The position numbers were made by a program, and so were the translations under genes. From a virus, in IMG/VR virus record IMGVR_UViG_3300020120_000022: a stretch of DNA of 44,059 bases. One strand, given 5' to 3'. The notes beneath the pieces are model-generated. The model did not search any database. It had not been told where the DNA came from and saw only the letters and a list, made by a program, of their open reading frames with translations. Of this stretch, positions 14,925-22,112 are shown piece after piece (positions within the stretch are counted from its first letter, which is position 1; each line of letters opens with the position of its first letter).

Positions 14925-15694
14925 TGTTGCAGGAGCTTGAATCCAAGCTCTGCTCCGCCTTTTGCGGGGGGCTGCAAGTTCATCCCGTACCGGCCGGATA
15001 CGCGGTGTCTTCGGCGTTCGAGGATAGCTCCGGGGACCGAATTTCATTCTACATCACCGAGACGCCAGACGGCTACCAGATTGAGGATGATGGCAGCTAC
15101 CTTGCCGATCTTGTCGCCAGAGACATCAACATAGAGACTGGCGCCCGTGGCGAACTGCTGAAAGCGATCCTCACCGAGGGTCAGGCTTATTGGGACCCAG
15201 ACACTTACGAGATCAAGTCCAGCGGGGTGGTCAACGGGGATCTACCTGGTCGCGCAATCCAGTTCTTATCGTCGCTGATCCGTGTACGCGACTTGGCGTT
15301 GATCACCAGAGAGCGCGTCCGTTCCGCCTTTCGCGAGGATTTCATTCGCGCCCTCACGACCCGCTTTGGCGACGACTTGGACATCCGTGAGAACGTGGCG
15401 CCCGCGAACGATCTGGCAGACTTCCCCGCGGATGTCGTATTAACCACCCCCGACCGGCGGGTTGGCGCGATCTATCTCGTCAACACCAATGACAAACTCA
15501 ACGAGGCCCACCTCGCTTGGCTTGAATCTCGCGAGCGGCATTCCGAGGTTGTGACCATCGCCGTGCTGGAGGACATGGAATCCATCAGCAAGAAGCGGTT
15601 TCAACGAGCTTTGAACCGTCGCCTGCCCACGACCATATTTCGTGGTGACGAGGAAGGCGCAATGGACTTCGTAACGAGCGTGATCACCGCCTAA
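14924..15694 (+). CDS. DUF1828/DUF1829-like two-domain protein, 256 aa
   Basis: The N-terminal segment ISFYITETPDGYQIEDDGSYLADLVARDINIETGARGELLKAIL and the C-terminal FPADVVLTT...IYLVNTNDKLNEAHLAWLESRE fit my recollection of DUF1828 followed by DUF1829. This was not searched. Confidence 0.5.
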   Translation: MLQELESKLCSAFCGGLQVHPVPAGYAVSSAFEDSSGDRISFYITETPDGYQIEDDGSYLADLVARDINIETGARGELLKAILTEGQAYWDPDTYEIKSSGVVNGDLPGRAIQFLSSLIRVRDLALITRERVRSAFREDFIRALTTRFGDDLDIRENVAPANDLADFPADVVLTTPDRRVGAIYLVNTNDKLNEAHLAWLESRERHSEVVTIAVLEDMESISKKRFQRALNRRLPTTIFRGDEEGAMDFVTSVITA

Positions 15695-15723
15695 CCGACC
15701 CACCCTCTCAGGGTCGCAGGGAG

Positions 15724-15754
15724 CCGCCTCGGGAAACCGGGGCGGTTTTCGTTT
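15724..15754 (+). terminator. Intrinsic terminator closing the repressor operon
   Basis: CCGCCTCGG-GAAA-CCGGGGCGG (9-bp stem with one G-U pair and a GNRA loop) followed by TTTTCGTTT. Confidence 0.8.
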
Positions 15755-15763
15755 GTGGATACA

Positions 15764-15830
15764 GTTGGAAATAAATGTCAGAAGAATCCAACATCACGCT
15801 TGACGGGTCGGACATATCCAACTAATCCAA
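15764..15830 (+). promoter_or_regulatory. Rightward early promoter with operators: TTGACG-N17-TAATCC
   Basis: -35 at 15800-15805, spacer GGTCGGACATATCCAAC at 15806-15822, and -10 at 15823-15828. ATCCAAC half-sites at 15786, 15816 and 15825, and GTTGGA at 15764. Confidence 0.5.
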
Positions 15831-15884
15831 TCTCCAGACAGCCGGTGAGCGAAACGCAGACCCGGCCAAGTTTGGAGACGCCCC

Positions 15885-16244
15885 ATGTGGTACACCACCC
15901 CCGAAGCCCTCGCGATCATCGCGCGGATCACGGCAAAGCCCGCGGTCATCCTGCATGAGCGCCGCTTCCCCCGCACGACTGACCGCTGGTACGAGTTTGC
16001 CGGCCCCGAGGTCGACGCCCTGTTTGCGCTCTACAACGCTGCTTTCCGCGCCGCCGATCACGACGATCGCCTGCGCGCCATGGTCATTCAGACTAACCCC
16101 GAGGACGTGATCGGCGCGTTGTGGGGTGACCCCAACGGCAACCAGTACTTCCGCACCGATCGCGACGCTGGCCGCACCTGGCAGAGCCTGCGCGAGCAGA
16201 TCGGCGAGGCAATGGCCGAGCATGCCATGCAGGTGGCGGCATGA
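15885..16244 (+). CDS. Hypothetical early protein, 119 aa
   Basis: ATG with GGAG 7 nt upstream. First gene after the rightward promoter. Confidence 0.65.
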   Translation: MWYTTPEALAIIARITAKPAVILHERRFPRTTDRWYEFAGPEVDALFALYNAAFRAADHDDRLRAMVIQTNPEDVIGALWGDPNGNQYFRTDRDAGRTWQSLREQIGEAMAEHAMQVAA

Positions 16245-16552
16245 GCAGCATCACCGATCTGCACGAGGTGCTTGGCATCCTCTCCGCCGATAGCGCGGGC
16301 AAGGTTCACGCTGGCGGTCACACCTATGACAGCCGCACCGCCTCGGCGCTGCGTTCGCTGGAGCCCATTGGTCTTCCCGACCTGAGTGCTGCCGACCGCG
16401 CTGCCGACCTTGGCCGCGATCACCTTGCCACCCTGTCCCCGGAACGCCGGGAGCGACTGGCCCGCGAATGGCACGAAGCCGAATGCGACCGCCGCGAAGC
16501 CTTGTGGGAAGCCTCCAAGGAACTCGCGGCACGTAACGGAGGGCTGGTCTGA
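16241..16552 (+). CDS. Hypothetical protein, 103 aa
   Basis: ATGA overlap with the upstream stop. Confidence 0.6.
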   Translation: MSSITDLHEVLGILSADSAGKVHAGGHTYDSRTASALRSLEPIGLPDLSAADRAADLGRDHLATLSPERRERLAREWHEAECDRREALWEASKELAARNGGLV

Positions 16553-16701
16553 TGGCTCGGCTCATGGACTGGTCTCTGTGCGCCCTCTGCCTTTTGATGG
16601 CCGTGATTGAGGTGACGGTGAAGGGCTTCCCCAACGGCGGGGTCTATTTCGCCGGCGCAGTGGCTTACTTCCGGTTGGCCAATCGGGAGTGGTTCGCATG
16701 A
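16552..16701 (+). CDS. Small membrane protein, 49 aa (below track cutoff)
   Basis: TGATG overlap upstream and ATGA overlap downstream. Hydrophobic segment MDWSLCALCLLMAVI. Confidence 0.45.
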   Translation: MARLMDWSLCALCLLMAVIEVTVKGFPNGGVYFAGAVAYFRLANREWFA

Positions 16702-16868
16702 TGGCCGCTCTCGCCAATTGGTGGTCGATGAACGGCCCCTTCGCCCTGAACGAACGCGCCCACGGCCCCATGCGCCGCTCTGACAAGGTGGTGTTTATCA
16801 TCACTGCAACCGTGGCGATCTGGCTGGTGCTGTTCCTGTTGGCTGCTGCCTGGGTGGTGACGCCATGA
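16698..16868 (+). CDS. Small membrane protein, 56 aa (below track cutoff)
   Basis: ATGA overlaps at both ends. TM helix VVFIITATVAIWLVLFLLAAAWVV. Confidence 0.5.
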   Translation: MMAALANWWSMNGPFALNERAHGPMRRSDKVVFIITATVAIWLVLFLLAAAWVVTP

Positions 16869-17062
16869 GCCCGGCAGAGATCGCTGCGAAGCTGACGAAG
16901 GAACAGCGGGAAGCCTTGTTGTTCCATGATGGAAAGCCGGGGGCACTATTCCCGCAGCACCTCGTGGATGCCGGATATGAACTACTTGAGATGAAGCTGT
17001 TCGGCGCAAAGCCCACCCCGCTTGGTTTTGCTGTGCGGGCCGAATTGGAGCGCCAGCAATGA
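16865..17062 (+). CDS. Hypothetical protein, 65 aa (paralog of 25192..25437)
   Basis: Shares EIAAKLTKEQREAL and LGFAVRAELERQ with the 81-aa protein at 25192. Confidence 0.6.
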   Translation: MSPAEIAAKLTKEQREALLFHDGKPGALFPQHLVDAGYELLEMKLFGAKPTPLGFAVRAELERQQ

Positions 17063-17208
17063 CCGCATACCGCATCCTCCGCAGCCACCGCCCCTCTCTT
17101 GTGAGCGCTCCTGTTGCTCCGATGGATGAGGCTGACCGGGCTTTCTTCGAACTGCGCCGCCAGCACGTCCCCACCATGCGCGAGTGGCTCCAAAGGAAAT
17201 CAGCATGA
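17059..17208 (+). CDS. Hypothetical protein, 49 aa (below track cutoff)
   Basis: ATGA overlaps with both neighbours. Confidence 0.45.
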   Translation: MTAYRILRSHRPSLVSAPVAPMDEADRAFFELRRQHVPTMREWLQRKSA

Positions 17209-17396
17209 ACATGGTTTCAATGACCATTGTCCCGTTCGACAGCTATTCGGCTTACCAGCGGGAACGCGAACACAGCCGCCGGATGGAAGCCCTGCTTGCC
17301 CGGTCCAACGCCCTCCTGCGCATGGCCTGCGTCAATGGCGGCAAGGTGCAGGACGTGGAGGCCGTGCGGGCGTTCCTTGTGGAGTGCGCCCGATGA
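17205..17396 (+). CDS. Hypothetical protein, 63 aa
   Basis: Internal ATG (MNMVSMTIV) in an ATGA overlap with the upstream stop. Confidence 0.55.
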   Translation: MNMVSMTIVPFDSYSAYQREREHSRRMEALLARSNALLRMACVNGGKVQDVEAVRAFLVECAR

Positions 17397-17554
17397 GCTA
17401 CTTTGACGACTATGTGGCGGACGGCCTGTGCTGCGAGTGTTGCGGCGCATTCATCGACATGGACGAGCCCGGCTTCACGCGCCGTTGCGGCGGATGCCGT
17501 GAACCTGCGCAGAAGAAGCCCGCGACACCGAAGAAGCGGAGGGCGCGCAAGTGA
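17393..17554 (+). CDS. Small zinc-ribbon protein with basic tail, 53 aa
   Basis: CCECCG ... CGGC, then KKPATPKKRRARK. ATGA overlap upstream. Confidence 0.55.
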   Translation: MSYFDDYVADGLCCECCGAFIDMDEPGFTRRCGGCREPAQKKPATPKKRRARK

Positions 17555-17595
17555 CCCTGCATCACAACAACCCGCCGCCGCTGGAGGCATTCAGC

Positions 17596-18210
17596 ATGGA
17601 GATCGAGGACTTATTCAGCCTTGTCTCCGGTTCGGTCGCAGCCCCGGTCCAGACTGACGAACAGGAAGCCGCGCTCGATGCCCTGCTCGATGACGTGCGC
17701 CGGGTGCGCAAGGACGCTGAGGCACAGCGGACGGCAGAGAAGAAGCCGCACCTTGAAGCAGGCCGGAAGGTCGATGCTGACTGGAAGCCTCACCTCGACA
17801 AGTTGGACGCTGCCGCCACGGCCCTGAAGAACGCGCTAACGCCGTGGCGTGAGGCGCAGGCCAAGGCCGCTGCCGAAGCTGCCCACAAGCTGCGCGAGGA
17901 AGCCGAGGCCAAGCAGCGCGCCGCGCAGGAAGCCCTCAAGCAGTCCGATGACCTGGAAGCCCGGTTCGCTGCCGAGGCGCAACTCAAGCAGGCGACCAAA
18001 CTGGCGGCGACCGCAAACAAGATCGATCGATCAGCCACCGGGCTGCGGACCTATCAGATTGCCGAAGTCACCGACCGCAAGGCGCTGCTCCAGCACGTCA
18101 TGCGCACCGATCCCGACGCCCTCACGGAATGGCTGGCCGACTATGCCCGCAAGGCGCTGCCCGCCCAACTCCCCGGCGTCACCATCCGAATTGAGAAGCG
18201 AGCCGCGTGA
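17596..18210 (+). CDS. Coiled-coil recombination-module protein, 204 aa (possibly Gam/host-nuclease-inhibitor-like; alternative GTG start 17551)
   Basis: ATG with GGAGG 8 nt upstream, long Ala/Glu/Lys helices, and a position immediately upstream of the Rad52-like annealase. The family assignment is weak. Confidence 0.45.
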   Translation: MEIEDLFSLVSGSVAAPVQTDEQEAALDALLDDVRRVRKDAEAQRTAEKKPHLEAGRKVDADWKPHLDKLDAAATALKNALTPWREAQAKAAAEAAHKLREEAEAKQRAAQEALKQSDDLEARFAAEAQLKQATKLAATANKIDRSATGLRTYQIAEVTDRKALLQHVMRTDPDALTEWLADYARKALPAQLPGVTIRIEKRAA

Positions 18211-18857
18211 TGTTCACCGAAGCACAGACCAAGGCGCTCGCCGCCCCGCTGGATCCGAAGCATGTCGTCAAGCCGACTGGCAGCTTTGGCCCCAAGGGCG
18301 ACTATCTGGAGGGCTGGCACGTCATCAATGAAATGAACCGCGTGTTCGGGTTCGATGGCTGGTCCTACACCATCGATCTAACCCGCGATGCGCTGGAGAT
18401 CGGCAAGGACCACAAGGGCAACGATCAGTGGCAGGCGGCCTATACCTGCATCTGCACCCTGCGCGTGGGCGACGTGACCCGGCAGGACGTTGGGTTTGGC
18501 AGCGGATTCGCCAAGGCCATCGGGGATGCCATCGAAGGCGCGACCAAGGAGGCGGCGACCGACGCCCTCAAGCGCGCCGCCCGTACCTTTGGTAACATCT
18601 TCGGCCTGGCGCTTTACGACAAGACCCGCGCCAATGTGCAGGCCCCCGAACCGGAACGCGAGCCAACGCTGTCCGACGACCAACAGACCGAAATCATCAA
18701 CATGCTCTCGCAGATGAACGTGCCGGTGGGGGACTTCCTCAAGGTCGGCAACTGGCGAGACGTGCGTGACGTGCCCGCCTCGCAATTCGATCTGGGCAAG
18801 AAGTGGATCAACAAGGAGGCCCGCAAGCGCGCGGCCCCGGAACAGAAGGCAGCGTGA
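18210..18857 (+). CDS. Rad52/Rad22-family single-strand annealing protein, 215 aa
   Basis: [21 protein letters not shown] and [28 protein letters not shown] match the phage Rad52-like (Sak-type) pattern. It lies next to ssb. Confidence 0.7.
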   Translation: MFTEAQTKALAAPLDPKHVVKPTGSFGPKGDYLEGWHVINEMNRVFGFDGWSYTIDLTRDALEIGKDHKGNDQWQAAYTCICTLRVGDVTRQDVGFGSGFAKAIGDAIEGATKEAATDALKRAARTFGNIFGLALYDKTRANVQAPEPEREPTLSDDQQTEIINMLSQMNVPVGDFLKVGNWRDVRDVPASQFDLGKKWINKEARKRAAPEQKAA

Positions 18858-18859
18858 AT

Positions 18860-19321
18860 ATGGCTGGCAGCGTCAACAAGGTCATCCTGATTGGCAACCT
18901 TGGGCAGGACCCGGAGGTGAAATCCTTCGCCAACGGCGGCAAGATCGCCAACCTGCGCATCGCCACCAGCGAAAGCTGGAAAGACAAGCAGACCGGCGAG
19001 CGCAAGGAGCGCACCGAATGGCATAGCGTTGTCCTGCAATCGGACGGCCTGTGCGGTGTGGCGGAACGCTATCTCCGCAAGGGATCGAAGGTTTACATCG
19101 AGGGCCAGCTCCGCACCCGCAAATGGCAGGATAGCAGCGGCGCCGACCGCTATTCGACTGAGGTCGCGGTTGGCGGGATGCAAGGCGTCCTGACCATGCT
19201 CGACGGATCGGGCGGAAATCAGCAGGACCAGCGCCAGCAGCCGCGCCAGCCCGAGCCGGTGGGCGGCTTCGGCGACGATCTGGACGACGATATCCCCGGC
19301 TTCGGCAAGCCCCCATTCTGA
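18860..19321 (+). CDS. ssb: Single-stranded DNA-binding protein, 153 aa
   Basis: [19 protein letters not shown] ... TEWH ... [13 protein letters not shown]-fold signature, a Gly/Gln-rich linker, and an acidic tail [15 protein letters not shown]. Confidence 0.9.
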   Translation: MAGSVNKVILIGNLGQDPEVKSFANGGKIANLRIATSESWKDKQTGERKERTEWHSVVLQSDGLCGVAERYLRKGSKVYIEGQLRTRKWQDSSGADRYSTEVAVGGMQGVLTMLDGSGGNQQDQRQQPRQPEPVGGFGDDLDDDIPGFGKPPF

Positions 19322-19396
19322 CGCAAGGGCCAGCAATCCCGCTGCCCATCCCCGTGCCCGGCGGGAACAATACCGGGCGTATTCTTGGAGGGAACA

Positions 19397-19795
19397 ATGA
19401 GCGAAACAGGAAGCGCAGTGATGGTCATCCTCGGCGGCGTTGTGCTGCTTGGCGCGACTGTCAGCGGGGCACTCTACGGCTGCCCGCAATACAGCGTCTA
19501 TAGCTCGCGCATGTCGGGCGAAGCCACGCTGGCAGAGGCGCAGTCCTCACGCATGGCCAAGGTGGCCGAGGCAAAGGCCCGGTTCGAATCCGCGCAGTAT
19601 GACGCGAAGGCCGAGGTCGCCCGAGCACAGGGCACCCGTGACGCCAACAACATCGTGATCAGCTCGTTCGGCTCAACTGAGGAGCGCCTGCGCTATCTCC
19701 AGATCGAGGCGATGAAGGACGGCATGAAGGAGGGCACCGTCATTTACGTGCCCACCGAAGGCGGACTTCCGATCCTCGGCGGCGCGAAGAAGTAA
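19397..19795 (+). CDS. Membrane-anchored SPFH/band-7 C-terminal-like protein, 132 aa
   Basis: ATG after GGAGGG. N-terminal TM (AVMVILGGVVLLGATV), then AEAKARFESAQYDAKAEVARAQG ... RLRYLQIEAMK ... VIYVP, resembling stomatin/HflC C-terminal regions. Confidence 0.45.
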   Translation: MSETGSAVMVILGGVVLLGATVSGALYGCPQYSVYSSRMSGEATLAEAQSSRMAKVAEAKARFESAQYDAKAEVARAQGTRDANNIVISSFGSTEERLRYLQIEAMKDGMKEGTVIYVPTEGGLPILGGAKK

Positions 19796-19841
19796 TCACC
19801 CGTGCCCGGCGGGATATCCGGGCCCCTGTTCTGAGGACCGC

Positions 19842-20198
19842 ATGAAGATCGATACGCGCCCGAGACACCGCAATGCACCGCGCCAGCCTTGGCGGGTGGC
19901 CGAGGGGTTCAAGCAATGGCTCCGTGGACGCGGCTGTGCTGCCGATGGCTACGGCCTGTGCGATGGCCGGATGGAAGCCGCGCACGTCGATCATGCTGGC
20001 GGGAAGGGCGTCGGCCTTAAGGTTGCCGATCGGCACTGCATCCCGCTTTGCTCCGGTCATCACGCCCGCCAGCACAAGCGGGGCTGGGCCACGTTCGAGG
20101 CGGAATGCCTTGGTGGGAAGTCTGCGGTTGCCCTCGCTGATGCCTACTGGCGCGCATGGCCGGGACGGGCTGCATGGGAGGCCAACAATGGCGAATGA
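19842..20198 (+). CDS. HNH-type (DUF968/NinG-like) nuclease, 118 aa
   Basis: C...C...EAAHVDHAG...K..D...IPLCSGHHARQH pattern. Confidence 0.5.
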   Translation: MKIDTRPRHRNAPRQPWRVAEGFKQWLRGRGCAADGYGLCDGRMEAAHVDHAGGKGVGLKVADRHCIPLCSGHHARQHKRGWATFEAECLGGKSAVALADAYWRAWPGRAAWEANNGE

Positions 20199-20535
20199 CG
20201 TAGAAGCAAGGTCGCACATCGACCGCGCGATCAATGACGCGGAGGAACTGTTCGTCGCCGCCGGCCAAGCCAAGGTCCGCGCCGAGCAAATGGACTACCG
20301 CCGAAAGTCGGTTCGGGCCGCAATGTTCATCAAGCACAAGGCTAACGTGAAAAGCGCCGCCGAGGCTGCCGAACTGGCCGAGTGTGACCCGGTTTACGAG
20401 CTGGCCAAGGAAGACTGGTTCGCCGCCGCGATGGAAGCGGAAACCCTGCGCGCCCAAGCCGAAGCCAAGCGGATGAAATTTGAAGCGTGGAGGACGGCCA
20501 ACGCCACCGCCCGCGCACAGATGAACTTGAGGTGA
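20188..20535 (+). CDS. Hypothetical helical protein, 115 aa
   Basis: ATG (MANDVEARSH) overlaps the upstream 3' end by 11 nt. Confidence 0.55.
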   Translation: MANDVEARSHIDRAINDAEELFVAAGQAKVRAEQMDYRRKSVRAAMFIKHKANVKSAAEAAELAECDPVYELAKEDWFAAAMEAETLRAQAEAKRMKFEAWRTANATARAQMNLR

Positions 20536-20538
20536 TGC

Positions 20539-20766
20539 ATGACTAGCCAACAACAGGGCTGGAGAGACATCGCCAGCGCTCCTCAGGGGCCGGAGCGGGT
20601 GATTGTCGTCGGCGGTCGGTACAAAGAGCCCGAGATTGTCGACGCCGATGGGGACTGGTGGCGAGCCTCGTCTTCGTATTTGCCGGCAATTCCCACCCAC
20701 TGGATGCCCCTACCCGAGCCCCCCTGTAGCCCATCACCTAGAACGGGGGAGAGCGATGACAGCTAA
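20539..20766 (+). CDS. DUF551-like protein, 75 aa
   Basis: W..I..AP ... THWMPLPEPP C-terminal signature. Confidence 0.55.
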   Translation: MTSQQQGWRDIASAPQGPERVIVVGGRYKEPEIVDADGDWWRASSSYLPAIPTHWMPLPEPPCSPSPRTGESDDS

Positions 20767-20974
20767 ACGCCGCCTGGTGCCCGTGGCCGAGGTTCAGGAG
20801 ATGCTGGACTTCCTGCGCAAAGAGGGCTTCCAATTCTCGGGCGTTGACGTTCGGGCGGATGGGGTAACATTCCTCCCGCCGAATCAGTCGGTGCCGGGAA
20901 CCGCCTATGATCGCTGGAAAGCGCAACAGGACACGAATAGTGACCGGCCTGCACGTCGTTCGCAAGCCAACTAA
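20756..20974 (+). CDS. Hypothetical protein, 72 aa (positional candidate for excisionase/RDF)
   Basis: ATG at 20756 overlaps the upstream 3' end and lies immediately 5' of int. No HTH is recognised with confidence. Confidence 0.4.
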   Translation: MTAKRRLVPVAEVQEMLDFLRKEGFQFSGVDVRADGVTFLPPNQSVPGTAYDRWKAQQDTNSDRPARRSQAN

Positions 20975-21938
20975 GGGGCTTGATCGCTGGTATGTCTACG
21001 CCTGGCGGGGCGGGCCTTGCGTTCACACCTGCGAAGGCGCGCGGCCAGTGATCGACATGGCGCTGATCGCCAAGGCCAACGCGGCCAAGGGTGATCGGAC
21101 GAACCGCCATTACGATACGCTGGAAGAGATCATCACGGCCTATGAGGCCGCGCCCGAGTTCACCGGGCTAAAGCCGTCCACCAAGCGCGACTACCGCCTG
21201 TGGCTGAACCGCATATCCGACAAGTGGGGCAAGGTCCCACTGGAGGTGTTCGAGGATCGCCAGATGCGCGGCGACATCATCCAGTGGCGCAACCAGTGGG
21301 CACACCAGCCTCGCACCGCCGACAAGGCGACCGTCATGCTCGGGACGCTCCTCGCCTATGGCGTCGAGATCGGCCTGCTGACCATCAATGTCGCGGCCAA
21401 GATCAAGCACCTGCACAGCGCCGACAAGTCCGACCAGATATGGGAGCGACGGCATATGCGGGCTTTTGCCCGTGCCCCGAAGCATCTGCGCAATGCCTTG
21501 ATCCTCGCCGGGCTCACTGGCTTGCGCTTGGGCGATCTGGTGAAGCTGGACTGGTCGCAGGTTGGCGCGAAGGCGATCATCGTGGAGAAGACCCGCAAGC
21601 GCGGGGGCAGGGCGGTCATCCCCATCCTGCCAGAGACCCGCGCTATCCTCACCCGCCTCGGTGAGCGCACTGGGCTGGTGTTGAAGAATAGCCGGGGGCA
21701 GGGGTGGACCGAAAGCGGGCTGGGCAGCGTGTTCCAGAAAGTGAAGCCTGCCGGGTTCGAGCGGACCATGCACGACCTGCGCGGCACCTTCGCCACCAGG
21801 TTGGTCCAGGCGAAGTTCACCGACGAACAGGCGGCGATGGTCATGGGCTGGACCGCCAAGCGGGTAGCCGCCATCCGCGCCCGCTACGTCAACGAGGAGC
21901 GGGTGATAATCGACATGATCGAACGATTGTCCGCTTGA
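20907..21938 (+). CDS. int: Tyrosine recombinase / phage integrase, up to 343 aa (alternative GTG start at 20940)
   Basis: LAGLTGLRLGDL (Arg), HDLRGTFAT (His-x-x-Arg) and RARYV (Tyr). attP lies 270 nt downstream. Confidence 0.85.
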   Translation: MIAGKRNRTRIVTGLHVVRKPTKGLDRWYVYAWRGGPCVHTCEGARPVIDMALIAKANAAKGDRTNRHYDTLEEIITAYEAAPEFTGLKPSTKRDYRLWLNRISDKWGKVPLEVFEDRQMRGDIIQWRNQWAHQPRTADKATVMLGTLLAYGVEIGLLTINVAAKIKHLHSADKSDQIWERRHMRAFARAPKHLRNALILAGLTGLRLGDLVKLDWSQVGAKAIIVEKTRKRGGRAVIPILPETRAILTRLGERTGLVLKNSRGQGWTESGLGSVFQKVKPAGFERTMHDLRGTFATRLVQAKFTDEQAAMVMGWTAKRVAAIRARYVNEERVIIDMIERLSA

Positions 21939-21971
21939 TTTAACGTCATTGTCCGGTTAGATTCAGCGGAC

Positions 21972-22112
21972 ATGGATTGGAAACAATATCTCACCGCCGA
22001 GGAGCGTGAACGGATCGAGGCTATTCCCTCGGAACGCGCGGCTCTGACCAAGGAATATCGCACCATCTATGAGCGGTGCCGCAAGCGTATGGAGCGCGCC
22101 AGCAATGCCTGA
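21972..22112 (+). CDS. Possible small ORF, 46 aa (below track cutoff)
   Basis: MDWKQYLTAEERERIEAIPSERAALTKEYRTIYERCRKRMERASNA. It lies between int and the attP core and has no SD. Confidence 0.3.
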   Translation: MDWKQYLTAEERERIEAIPSERAALTKEYRTIYERCRKRMERASNA

